A DNA stretch of 64,000 nt from an uncultured Gammaproteobacteria bacterium (GTDB lineage: Bacteria > Pseudomonadota > Gammaproteobacteria > JBGSLN01): assembly GCA_963748135.1 (NCBI GenBank), contig CAVVHY010000004.1, forward strand, positions 1,495-65,494. The letters are read 5' to 3'. Made by a program: the position numbers and the translations under genes. Every line of letters starts with the position of its first letter. Positions within the stretch are counted from its first letter, which is position 1. The notes beneath the pieces were generated by a model. The model was not told the DNA's origin. It worked only from the letters and a program-made list of their open reading frames with translations, and did not search any database. Positions 21,581 through 30,758 of the stretch are shown here, one piece after another.

Positions 21581-21765
21581 GGTGTCAGATCATTCATCAT
21601 AGCATTTTGCAACATTTATGGGTCAAGTCGCTTCCAAGTAACATTCGTGTCTGCTGTTAGAAAGCCTTAGGATTAACAGGGCAACCAGTCATAAACTTCA
21701 AGGACAGCAGAGGCATGACCCTAAAAAGTTGCAAAATGCTATGATGAAAGACCTGATACCATTCT
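21581..21765. mobile_element. MITE type-2 (about 180 bp)
   Basis: Perfect 20-bp TIRs TCATCATAGCATTTTGCAAC (21595-21614) and GTTGCAAAATGCTATGATGA (21728-21747), with imperfect extension outward (GGTGTCAGATCAT / ..ACCTGATACC). Isolated right ends lie at 11945-11970 and ~20190-20205. Confidence 0.6.
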
Positions 21766-21797
21766 TCTTGTTACTAACATCGGCAACTGTATTCGAT

Positions 21798-21826
21798 TTG
21801 ACCGATAACTGGTCATATGCTAAAAT
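21798..21826 (+). promoter_or_regulatory. Sigma70-type promoter of paralog gene 2
   Basis: TTGACC (21798-21803), 17-nt spacer, TAAAAT (21821-21826). Positionally conserved with 12028-12056. Confidence 0.55.
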
Positions 21827-21867
21827 CGCACAGAATATCAGATAATGGTACTGAGGAGAGATAACCA

Positions 21868-22626
21868 ATGCAACCAATTAAAGCTACATTTGAATTGAAT
21901 TTAATTCCGCATGAGGAAATGCCTGATGAGCAAAAACCTAATAGAGGAGTCACCTTTAGGGAGCGCTACTATATTCTAAATATTTACATTCCTCCCTTTG
22001 ATAATGATGAAGTACGTCATGAGCTTTCCTTTATTTTTTCTGAAGTTGAAAACGGTCACTATCGTCTCTCTTACTCTGAAATTCAACAAAATGATAAGGT
22101 TGCCGTAGATAGCCTTCAGTTATACAACAGTACTATTCTGTTACCACTGCTCAAAACTCTTTTTACCATGGAAAGAGTTCAGACTGAGATATGGAAGAGA
22201 AAAGGATATGGGAATGAGGAGAAGACGTTTACTGTATATAGAGTTAAGGGGGGATCGAACACAAGTAATATAGAAAAAACTAATTCTGTGGCTGAACAAC
22301 AGACATCAGCCTCTGGTAATGTGAGTTCGTTTACCTTATCGCGTCTACTCAAATATTTTTGTGATCATGGTGATATGACGTCAGAAGAAGGTCGAAGACT
22401 AAAAACTGGGCTAGTGACATTGCATTCGAGGCTCGAGACACATTATGCAGCACAGGTGCAGACACAGGCGCTGCAAAAAGTTTTAAGTGAACAGTTCGGA
22501 AGAATGTCTAGAGATGTACCACCACCCCCAACTAATCCAGCAGCTGATCTTAGCTCAAGTCCTGAGTGGACTGGAGAACAACCAAAACCTTCTGCTTTCT
22601 TCCACCTTACTCCTAATAATAAGTGA
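21868..22626 (+). CDS. Unknown protein, paralog family A
   Basis: 252-aa ORF with the same RBS and 5' leader as 12097. Shares the C-terminal block SFTLSRLLKYFC..MTSEEG..LHSRLETHYAAQVQTQ..RDVPPPPTNP..SSSPEWTGEQPKPS.FFHLTPNNK. Confidence 0.7.
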   Translation: MQPIKATFELNLIPHEEMPDEQKPNRGVTFRERYYILNIYIPPFDNDEVRHELSFIFSEVENGHYRLSYSEIQQNDKVAVDSLQLYNSTILLPLLKTLFTMERVQTEIWKRKGYGNEEKTFTVYRVKGGSNTSNIEKTNSVAEQQTSASGNVSSFTLSRLLKYFCDHGDMTSEEGRRLKTGLVTLHSRLETHYAAQVQTQALQKVLSEQFGRMSRDVPPPPTNPAADLSSSPEWTGEQPKPSAFFHLTPNNK

Positions 22627-22627
22627 T

Positions 22628-22839
22628 CTTGAATTGCAGCGTTTTGCAACGATGGGGCGCCAGAGCAACAGGCGCCTCTTTTGTTTTTGAGTAAAGTACT
22701 CTATTGCAGAATTTGCCCACAGTTTGAAGTTACACTATTTCATAGTAAGCCAAGCAATAAAGACGACGGGAAAAGGCAATGAAAACATCAGTGATCGAGG
22801 TGTGGTCCCATGTCAATTTGCAAAACGCTGCAATTCAAG
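22628..22839. mobile_element. MITE type-1, complete copy (212 bp)
   Basis: TIRs are CTTGAATTGCAGCGTTTTGCAA (22628-) and TTGCAAAACGCTGCAATTCAAG (22818-22839). It starts 1 nt after the stop codon of 21868-22626. Confidence 0.8.
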
Positions 22840-22915
22840 ATGCGACATGTTGAAAACAAAAGGATACGTTGGTTAACACTTGAAGAAACGAATCTGGAGT
22901 TCGAACCTCTCCGAA

Positions 22916-23064
22916 CGCCTGGTTCGTAGCCAGCCAGATCAATATATTTTTATATTAAATTCAACAGGTTGTGACGCTTCCCTACTGCCAAAAACTGCCG
23001 TGCCCTGCCCTAAGAATGCGGCCTGCAGCGAGGGTCTGGTACGATTCTGGTACATTGGTAAAAG
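22916..23064 (-). repeat. Partial tRNA-Arg anticodon-arm fragment plus Repeat-B arm (copy 1)
   Basis: CGCCTGGTTCGTAGCCAG (22916-22933) matches the tRNA fragment core. The following 131 nt (22934-23064) are colinear without indels with 31131-31261. Confidence 0.65.
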
Positions 23065-23145
23065 GACACAGTGGGATCGCATCTTAAATTGCCACATTTT
23101 AAGCTAGATCCATTTAAACATGACACAAAACTGTCATACTTTGAC

Positions 23146-23196
23146 TGTAGTTTACAGACTACAAAAATGTTGCATTTTTGTAGTCTGTAAACTACA
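23146..23196. promoter_or_regulatory. 51-bp perfect palindrome immediately upstream of the ATPase start codon
   Basis: TGTAGTTTACAGACTACAAAAATG ttg CATTTTTGTAGTCTGTAAACTACA has 24-bp perfect arms and a 3-nt centre. It ends 9 nt before the ATG at 23206. Confidence 0.7.
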
Positions 23197-23205
23197 ATCT
23201 ATTCT

Positions 23206-24408
23206 ATGTTAGAAGAACTTATTAATATACATCAGCAAATCATGTCATCGCTTGATGGCTCAAACAGGCGTTTTTTGTACGACCAAGTGCAATGGGATGA
23301 TCAAGCGATTTGTATTCACGGTGCTCGTGGTGTCGGAAAAACAACCATGCTCTGTCAATATCTTCTAGAACGATATAAAACTGTTAATAAAGCATTATAT
23401 ATTTCCGGCGATAATATTCATGTTTTATCAAATGGTCTATTAACTATTGCCACGAAGTATTTTGATCTCGGTGGTGAAGCTATTTTTATTGATGAAATTC
23501 ATAAATACCCAAACTGGTCAATTGAAATAAAAAATATCATCGATACTTATCGAAAAAAGCAAATCATTTTCTCTGGCAGCTCAGCTATGGAGCTTAAAAA
23601 CAGCAAAGTTGATTTATCAAGACGTGTTTTATACCATGAACTACCTTGTTTATCATTTAGAGAGTATTTACAATTTTCTGAAATCAAAACAATTAAACCA
23701 TATAAACTAAATCATATTTTAAAACATCATGTAAAAATCGCTGAAGAGTTCATAGATATCCCTATCATAAAACATTTTAATGATTACCTGGCATTTGGCA
23801 GCTATCCATTTTACCTTGAAAATAAAAAAACCTATTTACTTAAACTAAACAATGTCATTGAAAAAGTTATTTCCGAAGATATACCTGCAACTAAAACATT
23901 AAAACCAAATACACTAATCATTTTAAAGAAACTATTATGGCTAATCGCAACAGCAACTTGTCTAGTTCCAAACATTGATAAAATCTCGAAAAATCTAGGT
24001 GTCACTCGAGATATTATATATAATGGCCTTGCATACTTAGAACAAGCTGGTTTGATAATGAATATATACCCTAAAGCTACCGGGATGAAACTCATACGAA
24101 AACCTGGAAAAATATTTTTAAATAATACGAACTTACTTCATGCCATTAATGGAACATTAAAACTTACTGGAGACAAAGGTTCGATGCGTGAAACGTATTT
24201 TTGCCAACAGCTTCGCACACAACATTCAATTAATACGCATGATGTTGCTGATTTCATTGTTGATGATACATTAGTCTTTGAAGTTGGTGGTAAATCCAAA
24301 ACAAATGAACAAATTAAGCAACTTTCTAAAAGCTATCTTGCAATAGATGACATTAAAATTGGATTTGGCAATCGAATACCTTTATATATGTTTGGTTTGT
24401 TATATTAA
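23206..24408 (+). CDS. AAA-family ATPase with DUF4143-like C-terminal domain
   Basis: 400 aa with Walker A GARGVGKTT and Walker B IFIDEIHK. The size and layout are typical of the AAA_14/DUF4143 family. Confidence 0.75.
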   Translation: MLEELINIHQQIMSSLDGSNRRFLYDQVQWDDQAICIHGARGVGKTTMLCQYLLERYKTVNKALYISGDNIHVLSNGLLTIATKYFDLGGEAIFIDEIHKYPNWSIEIKNIIDTYRKKQIIFSGSSAMELKNSKVDLSRRVLYHELPCLSFREYLQFSEIKTIKPYKLNHILKHHVKIAEEFIDIPIIKHFNDYLAFGSYPFYLENKKTYLLKLNNVIEKVISEDIPATKTLKPNTLIILKKLLWLIATATCLVPNIDKISKNLGVTRDIIYNGLAYLEQAGLIMNIYPKATGMKLIRKPGKIFLNNTNLLHAINGTLKLTGDKGSMRETYFCQQLRTQHSINTHDVADFIVDDTLVFEVGGKSKTNEQIKQLSKSYLAIDDIKIGFGNRIPLYMFGLLY

Positions 24409-24432
24409 TAAGACATTCCCCCGTAGGCTACA

Positions 24433-24495
24433 GGGTCAAGTCTTGACTTTACACATTTATAATTTGCGATAGTGTGTTAAGTCAAGACTTGACCC
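24433..24495. repeat. Inverted repeat with 17-bp perfect arms (terminator-like or REP-like)
   Basis: GGGTCAAGTCTTGACTT (24433-24449) pairs with AAGTCAAGACTTGACCC (24479-24495). Each arm is itself nearly self-complementary (GTCAAG-n-CTTGAC). Confidence 0.6.
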
Positions 24496-24782
24496 CGCTA
24501 CCTTCCAAGTCGAGGCATACCCATTGCTTAAACAGGCTGCGGACCCCGTAAGCCACACCTCCATCGAATAACTAGTTTAATATACTTTGACGGAGCCATC
24601 ACCTACTAAATTCTATGGTAGACCCCGCTACCACTTGAATCACACAATCTAAAGCACATTGCTAGGTGGATTCACCGAACGCTTACCTTCATTTGAGTAT
24701 TGTTTGTAAAGGTTTAGATTTGGTGAGAGTGTCAGAATAAATCTAATCCTTTACAGTTAAAGTTAGGGTTAATCTTCAAATG

Positions 24783-26709
24783 TTAGTTCTTTAATTGATG
24801 TTGATGAGAAGAAGATTTTTTAGTTATATAGTCATTTATTTCTTCTCGTTTATTTTTGTCAGTCATTAAATCAGACCATAATGCGCCATCAGAATTCCTC
24901 AAGTTTAAATCTGCTCCTGCATCAATTAACAGTTTTATTATATCAAGATGTTGAAGCCTCGCAGCAAAAAGAAAATAATTTTCTACCACTATGTCATCAA
25001 TGATACCGTTGGGGCTGCACAAACCTTCATTAATCAAAATTTGTACCGCTTCAAATTGCTCATTTCTTATTGCAAAATATAATGCATTTGAATCATTATC
25101 AATTCCCTCTGCTTCTTGAAATAAATCTTTTTCTAATCGTTGACCATCAGACATGTAGTACGCAGTAATGATAATTTGCCATTTGCAGCAGCGATTGACA
25201 TCACATACCTCTAAATCGAACTTAGATAGTAAATCTTTTGCATTTGCGGCTTGTAAAAATTCAATTGACGAATGCAGCAGCAACATTCAAATAACATGTT
25301 GTATCTTCACATCGTTTAAATAAAAATGTGAAAAGAGGAACCTCAAAAGCGTTAGAAACATTATTTCTTGCTGCCCATACAAAAAGCAATAGAAATGTCC
25401 TATTTATAAATCTTGTATTTAGATCATCTTTTCTAGTTCTTTGGTTGAATTTGTTAATAATAGACATCGCTACTGCAACATACGTCCACCAGCTTTGGTT
25501 TGAACATTAATTGGTTACGAAGCATATTTTTTATTGTTCCCTTTAAATAAAGATGTATATATTCAGCAAATTCATTTAAAGGATTGCTTCGTGGTCATAA
25601 GCAAAATAGGAAGTGTCGACTTCTGGCCTCCCTTGACAAAGGATTGGTCGTTCTGAAACGCCTCTTTCAATTAGAAATTGGACTAATTGATGACTTCCAT
25701 TTCCTGCTGCTGCAAACATGGGTTTCAACACATCTTGTGGCCATTCCAATTAATATCAGTTTCTTCATGAAGCTTTTCTATATCAAACTCAAAATTTTTA
25801 TTTCCCATTGCATAAAGAATAAATTTTATCGTAGATAATGAGGCTCCTTCTGGTAATGCATCATATTTTTGTAAAAGCTCTATTGTAGCAGGTTCAACTT
25901 TTAAGCGATCACCCCCTCTAAAAGTATATTGATAATTTGGTTTTTTACCTGATTTTAGTAGCATCTCTAATGAATCTCTATCATTAGAATATATTGCCAA
26001 TATTATTGGAGTGCAATAAGGGTTGCAGAATTCTTCATACGGAAGGCTAGTCCATGTTCTTTTAGTTATTGATACAGTGTTAGTAGGCAATAACTTAGCA
26101 TTCTCTCCTTGAGCGCTTTTCTCTAAATTAACCATTATATATTCAACAGGAAGTGAAGGAGATAAATAATTTACACAAATTATAGAAACACCATCATTTA
26201 ATTTAACGCTATAGATAGGAGTGTCTCTAGTAATCTGTTTAAAACGCATTTCTACATCTTCTTTCTCAAATCTTAACGCAGTTTCAAGAGAACATTGTCT
26301 TTTCTCATCTGGCAAACTTCGGCTATAGAAATTTAATGGCACTGTTGAGGTATCAGTATAACCAATAAGATTTGAGCTTGTTAACGTGGTTGGTGTTGAT
26401 AATTGTGTTTCATCTACTTCAAGTGTAAAAACAACCGGGCAAGCAAAAACCTCAATACCTTTTTCTATAAAATCAAAATCAATATGATGACTTTTGAGTA
26501 AGGTTGACATTATTGCAAATGCATCTTCTTGGTTGGTACAAGCGATCAATGGCATTTGACGATGAACCAGTGAGCACATCTTCTATGTCCAGCCTTGTTA
26601 TGTTCTTTCTGCTGATAAATTGTTTATCAGGTTCTTGTATTGAAACAAGAGGAAGATATTTTGTTGATATCGCGTATAACTTCACAATTAACTCCAATAC
26701 TTCTTTCAA
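24783..26709 (-). pseudogene. Ankyrin-repeat protein gene, fragmented into at least 3 frames
   Basis: Ankyrin-like blocks occur in ORF 24783-25286 (LFAARLQHLDIIKLLIDAGADLNLRNSDG), in an unlisted frame at 25590-25725 (MFAAAGNGSHQLVQFLIERG) and in ORF 25725-26579 (TPIILAIYSNDRDSLEMLLKSG). Frames are adjacent and separated by stops or frameshifts. Confidence 0.55.
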
Positions 26710-27324
26710 ATTTAGTTTTATCGTTCTAATAAACTTAAATTATAAGTAGAAATTTTTTACCCCGACTTAATGTGGTAAAGTTTGAGCAAAATCCTAATGT
26801 ACGAATCAAGTGATTAATATCCATAATGTAATAATATTAACCAGGCAATGTAAATTATATCAATGTGGCGAAATTGTGTCCGTGTTTAATTACCAGACAG
26901 TTGCTCCCAAAGTTTAATCATATTAAAGATGTAGTTGCTCCAAAAACAGTATCCAGTTTAACTGATGATGAATTTTGCGCTTACCTATAATGCCATGCTT
27001 TATTAAATTGTCTATGTCTAATATAGAACTTACTTTCAACGCGTTATCAGGACTTTTAGCGGTATTTGGCGGATTATATTAGACACAGGAGTTGTACTAA
27101 TATGTTGATTTACATAGAAAAAGGAGGCTTTATATCACTTGGCTTCGAACCAAGTGCTCTCTGCATATCAATTGTGGTATAAAAAATGTTCGTTTAGGAA
27201 ATGAGTAATTGGTTGTTTTAGAGCCGCCCGGCAAATTCTATTAGACAAAGTCAATTATATTAGACTGTGGCAAATTATTAAACAAATTATTTTCTTCGTA
27301 ACTTATTGAAATTTATTAATAAAT

Positions 27325-27342
27325 TGGCGCGCCCGGACCGAT
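27325..27342 (-). repeat. 18-nt copy of the tRNA-Arg 3' terminus (short att-like remnant)
   Basis: TGGCGCGCCCGGACCGAT is identical to the first 18 nt of the fragments at 27504, 31082 and 31939. Confidence 0.6.
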
Positions 27343-27351
27343 GGACTCGGG

Positions 27352-27452
27352 CCTTCCTGGCCCTCGGCGCTTCGCTCCGCGCTTCGCGCGTCCAAATTGG
27401 CTTTCCTGCCAATTTGTCGAACGCAATCTCTATTTATTTCGTCGGCCGTTCG
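27352..27452. repeat. Repeat-C, GC-rich ~101-nt unit (copy 2)
   Basis: Near-identical to 12998-13099. Confidence 0.7.
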
Positions 27453-27473
27453 AACCGCTCCGAACGCACCAAA

Positions 27474-27503
27474 TAAAAATCCCGCATTTGCGGGATTATT
27501 TTA
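27474..27503. terminator. Bidirectional rho-independent terminator just downstream of the tRNA fragment
   Basis: ATCCCGC attt GCGGGAT stem-loop flanked by A-run and T-run. It abuts the CCA end of the fragment at 27504. Confidence 0.7.
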
Positions 27504-27553
27504 TGGCGCGCCCGGACCGATTCGAACGGCCGACCGCCTGGTTCGTAGCCAGG
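27504..27553 (-). repeat. tRNA-Arg(ACG) 3' fragment (anticodon arm to CCA), copy F2
   Basis: Minus strand reads CCTGG-CTACGAA-CCAGG cggtc GGCCG-TTCGAAT-CGGTC CGGGCGC G CCA: anticodon ACG, canonical T-arm, acceptor 3' strand and encoded CCA. No matching 5' acceptor (GCGCCCG) or D-arm lies upstream. Confidence 0.8.
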
Positions 27554-27672
27554 AGACGAGCTACTTATTTCACTATTAATCAACACCTTGCGATGTACGA
27601 TATGAGTAAAATGTAGCCTAAAATAGCCTAGAATACATAAGAAAAACGTTAGTGATCTACAATTTTCCTACA
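27554..27672. repeat. Repeat-A arm (copy b)
   Basis: 119 nt homologous to 13108-13226 and 31987-32107 (..TTATTAATCAA..TGAGTAAAATGTAGCCTAAAATAGCCT..GATCTACAATTTTCCTACA). Confidence 0.7.
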
Positions 27673-27880
27673 GTAGTAACAACACTAAGATTTAGTATTT
27701 CTATAGTTAGAACTTCTGATTATTTAGTAAACTATTTAAAATACGATCAGGAAAATTGAACAGTTTTATATCGTTCAAGCCTAATTATTGTGAGATAGAT
27801 GCCTTGTTCGAAATGATATTAAGCTAAATTAGCTATACTTATCAATATCGAAACGGGATTAAGTTAATTGGACAATTAAA

Positions 27881-28708
27881 ATGAAAATTGTTTACTGTGA
27901 TGAATCTGGTGACCCTGGCTATCCAAAATTCCAAAGCCCTTGTTTTATCCTATCATTTTTATATTTTAACATTAAAAATTGGGATAAGTGTTTTGAACAT
28001 TTACTCAATATGCGTCGAGAACTTAGAAGTTATGGTTTACCTACACGACTTGAGTTCCATTCAAGAGAATTTTTTTTAAATAAAATGCCATTTTATAAGC
28101 TAAATCTAGATAATAAAGAAAGAATTACGATTATTGATAAATTAGTCATCGGACTATCTCAATTGTCAAAATATCATGCTGAAGCTATAAACATTGTAAT
28201 TAATAAAAATAATATACAAAATAATTATAATGTCCTCGATAAAGCTTTTACATACGGCTTGACGAGGATAGACACTAATCTCTTTAAAGACCAACAAAAG
28301 TCTAATGATAAAGTATACCATCACAGCAAATTTATGCTTCTAGTAGATAATGGTTATATACACAAGGTTCAAAGAATAAGTCGTAAGCTTTACAGATTTA
28401 ATTATGTACCATATAAAGGAAGTCAGAAATCTAGACCACTCATGATTAAATCATTAATTGATGATCCCCTACCAAAAAATTCAAAAAACAGCTATTTTAT
28501 ACAGTCCGTTGATTTAATAGCTTATTTAGTATCACAATATATTTATATTAAAATTGATTTAGAACAGTCACCGAAAAGAAAAAAATTCATTAGTGATGAG
28601 AAGATCTTAGAATGGATTGAAAAGTTACGTCCTATTTTTAATTTTGATGCTTGCCCAAACTCGATATTCGATTATGGTATATTCTCGCATCCAGATAAAC
28701 TAAAGTAA
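27881..28708 (+). CDS. DUF3800-family protein
   Basis: 275 aa. N-terminal MKIVYCDESGD is the hallmark start of DUF3800 proteins. Confidence 0.6.
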   Translation: MKIVYCDESGDPGYPKFQSPCFILSFLYFNIKNWDKCFEHLLNMRRELRSYGLPTRLEFHSREFFLNKMPFYKLNLDNKERITIIDKLVIGLSQLSKYHAEAINIVINKNNIQNNYNVLDKAFTYGLTRIDTNLFKDQQKSNDKVYHHSKFMLLVDNGYIHKVQRISRKLYRFNYVPYKGSQKSRPLMIKSLIDDPLPKNSKNSYFIQSVDLIAYLVSQYIYIKIDLEQSPKRKKFISDEKILEWIEKLRPIFNFDACPNSIFDYGIFSHPDKLK

Positions 28709-28733
28709 TTATCATACGTACTCATATCTTGTA

Positions 28734-28760
28734 AAAAAGCAGCCACAAGGCTGCTTTTTT
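28734..28760. terminator. Rho-independent terminator (bidirectional)
   Basis: AAAAAAGCAGCC acaa GGCTGCTTTTTT. Confidence 0.8.
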
Positions 28761-29063
28761 AGCCTCCTCCATTTCCCACCAATGGCGGGCCTACCTGTGT
28801 AGGGTCAAGAAGATTAATTGAATTATAGTCTAAATAAACAAAAATGTAAAATTCTTACATGTCGAAGAATTTGTTATACTTGTCTACTTTATATGATACC
28901 AAGATGATCCTGAGTAATATCATTATCTTTTGACAACAGCATAAGCACATACTTAGAAGTAGCAGTCATTTTCTCAACAGATAAATGCAAAGATAGAAAG
29001 CCCGATTATTGCGCAGCCATTTTTGTGCCGAATTAAGCATATCTGTTTCACAACACAATATAT

Positions 29064-29954
29064 CTAGCATCTATTTAATTTTTTTTCAAGAAAACTTAAG
29101 CTTTTTAATATGGCTTCTAAATTGAAATCATTAATCACTGGCTGACGCAGCGTAGGATTGAGTTCACTCTCGATTTTCCCCTGTAAATGTACCCTTAACT
29201 CAGTACTTGAACAATTATTAAAATGCGCTTCATGTTTAATTTTATCTTTTACTAATTCAATAAAACTTAAATCATTCAAATCAACAATTTGGTTATTGAT
29301 TGCATAATGCAAATCATAAAAATCACGAATTGCTACTTTATCTCTACAAAATGCCGCACGCACCTTTTCCGCATAGGCTTCTTTAAGTGACAAGCAATAA
29401 AGTTCAATGGGCTTAACTTTAAACTCTTCAGAAAATGGATCATGCAAAAGTGTATTAGCGTAAACTTTAACTTTATTCTCCACTAGCTCTTCTCTTAATC
29501 CAATCTCAATGAGTATTTTTCCTTCCCTTGGGCTTGCTTTAGATTGATAATTAAGTTCCATATTATATTGACGTGACTCATTGCTACCTTTTAATGGAGA
29601 ACCAATTTTGAATAGAGGCAATTTATCTTCAATATGATTAAGTTTTTCTTTAAATGGCTTAACTTTATTACTACGCTGCTTTCTAGAAGCATTGCAAATT
29701 ATAGGAATGGTAAAGTCCAAGTCTTCACTAAGACGATAAAAGTCTGCATATACTTTAGCTAACAGCGTGCCACCTTTAAATATGACAGGACAATTTCCAT
29801 CTGAATATAAATATTCTAATACCACTGTACATAGGTAATCTTTTTCAATTAACTCAGCTGAAAACCCAGCTTTTTCAGCCGTATAAGAGAGAGCCAAGCT
29901 GAATTCATCTCCAGCATTGTAGAAATTTATTAATTCTGAAATATGTTTAAGCAT
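29064..29954 (-). CDS. abiEii: AbiEii/AbiGii-family nucleotidyltransferase toxin
   Basis: Has FKGGTLLAKVY..RLSEDLDF and AIRDFYDL motifs. The likely start ATG at 29954 overlaps the AbiEi stop by 8 nt (translational coupling). Confidence 0.8.
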   Translation of the reverse strand: MLKHISELINFYNAGDEFSLALSYTAEKAGFSAELIEKDYLCTVVLEYLYSDGNCPVIFKGGTLLAKVYADFYRLSEDLDFTIPIICNASRKQRSNKVKPFKEKLNHIEDKLPLFKIGSPLKGSNESRQYNMELNYQSKASPREGKILIEIGLREELVENKVKVYANTLLHDPFSEEFKVKPIELYCLSLKEAYAEKVRAAFCRDKVAIRDFYDLHYAINNQIVDLNDLSFIELVKDKIKHEAHFNNCSSTELRVHLQGKIESELNPTLRQPVINDFNLEAILKSLSFLEKKLNRC

Positions 29955-30747
29955 TATCAATAATCTGCCATTTTTTATTTTTCTTGCCCTGTTTATCTCG
30001 GTTTGGATATACAGAGACATAGCTTTTAAGCGGGCTTAGCTTTTGCTTTAGTGCTATTAGCTTTTGTTCGCTAACACCCAATTTTTCCAGATAATAACCG
30101 ATACGTCGAATGGTATTTTTATTACTATGATCTCTGGCGAGTTTAATAAACTCCATTAAAAATTTTTCGTCTTGACAGCATTGTCCTAACCATTGGTAAG
30201 CATCTTCGAGTAATTTATAACGACCCCAATCCTGAATAATATCAAGTATTGATTTTGCTTTAGTTGCGATATGAACGTCACCATAATTTGGCACTTTTTC
30301 AATATTAAATCCTACAATATTTTTACTTTTCGTTTTTATAAATGAAACATAAAGCGTCCCAAAATGTTTATTCCCCGAATATTTATCATTGTAAACTAAA
30401 AATTGGCTTGGAATTTGTTGGATCAGTCCATGATAATATGCAGCGTATAAACCACCTATATAATAATTTGCATCTAAAATTTTCATGTATTGTTCAATAA
30501 CATAGAAGTCATTTGGGCGCCAATACCCACCTGCTGGCAACTTTGCAGGCACAAGGTAAATTCCACGATGCAGACGAAGGATATATCCTTTATTGGTTAA
30601 TCGTTTTAATAAAGTATGTTCCTGGCTTTTTGTTAGCCCAAGCGATTCTTGTAGTTCGCCCTGTCGAACCAATGTCTGCTGTCGATGCTGCGCCAACGAA
30701 AAAAATTTTGAACCTAAAGGTCCTAATGAGGTTGTCTTTTTTCCCAT
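29947..30747 (-). CDS. abiEi: AbiEi-family antitoxin / transcriptional regulator
   Basis: 266 aa with N-terminal wHTH-like region (LTKSQEHTLLKRLTNKGYILRLHRGIY), upstream of and overlapping the NTase gene. Confidence 0.8.
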   Translation of the reverse strand: MGKKTTSLGPLGSKFFSLAQHRQQTLVRQGELQESLGLTKSQEHTLLKRLTNKGYILRLHRGIYLVPAKLPAGGYWRPNDFYVIEQYMKILDANYYIGGLYAAYYHGLIQQIPSQFLVYNDKYSGNKHFGTLYVSFIKTKSKNIVGFNIEKVPNYGDVHIATKAKSILDIIQDWGRYKLLEDAYQWLGQCCQDEKFLMEFIKLARDHSNKNTIRRIGYYLEKLGVSEQKLIALKQKLSPLKSYVSVYPNRDKQGKKNKKWQIIDNA

Positions 30748-30758
30748 AGTTATTCATT

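Noticed and set aside
23146..24495. Palindromes at 23146-23196 and 24433-24495 as integron attC sites
   Set aside because: No IntI gene, attI or Pc is present. The arms are perfect rather than bulged. The RYYYAAC/GTTRRRY core pair is not present on both sides (only one GTTAAGT-like match).
27325..27553. Possible intact tRNA-Arg, an intron-containing tRNA, or a tmRNA spanning the two TGGCGCGCCCGGACCGAT copies
   Set aside because: No 5' acceptor strand (GCGCCCG) or D-arm exists upstream of any copy or elsewhere in the window. The intervening 160 nt has a terminator in the middle and recurs independently at 12998-13099. The 3' end and resume-codon features of tmRNA are absent.
27341..27616. ORFs 27341-27616, 27397-27579, 31035-31382, 22880-23107, 12803-13102 and 12871-13059 as genes
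   Set aside because: They run through tRNA fragments, Repeat-A/B/C arms and a terminator. Their similarity to each other is explained by the nucleotide repeats.
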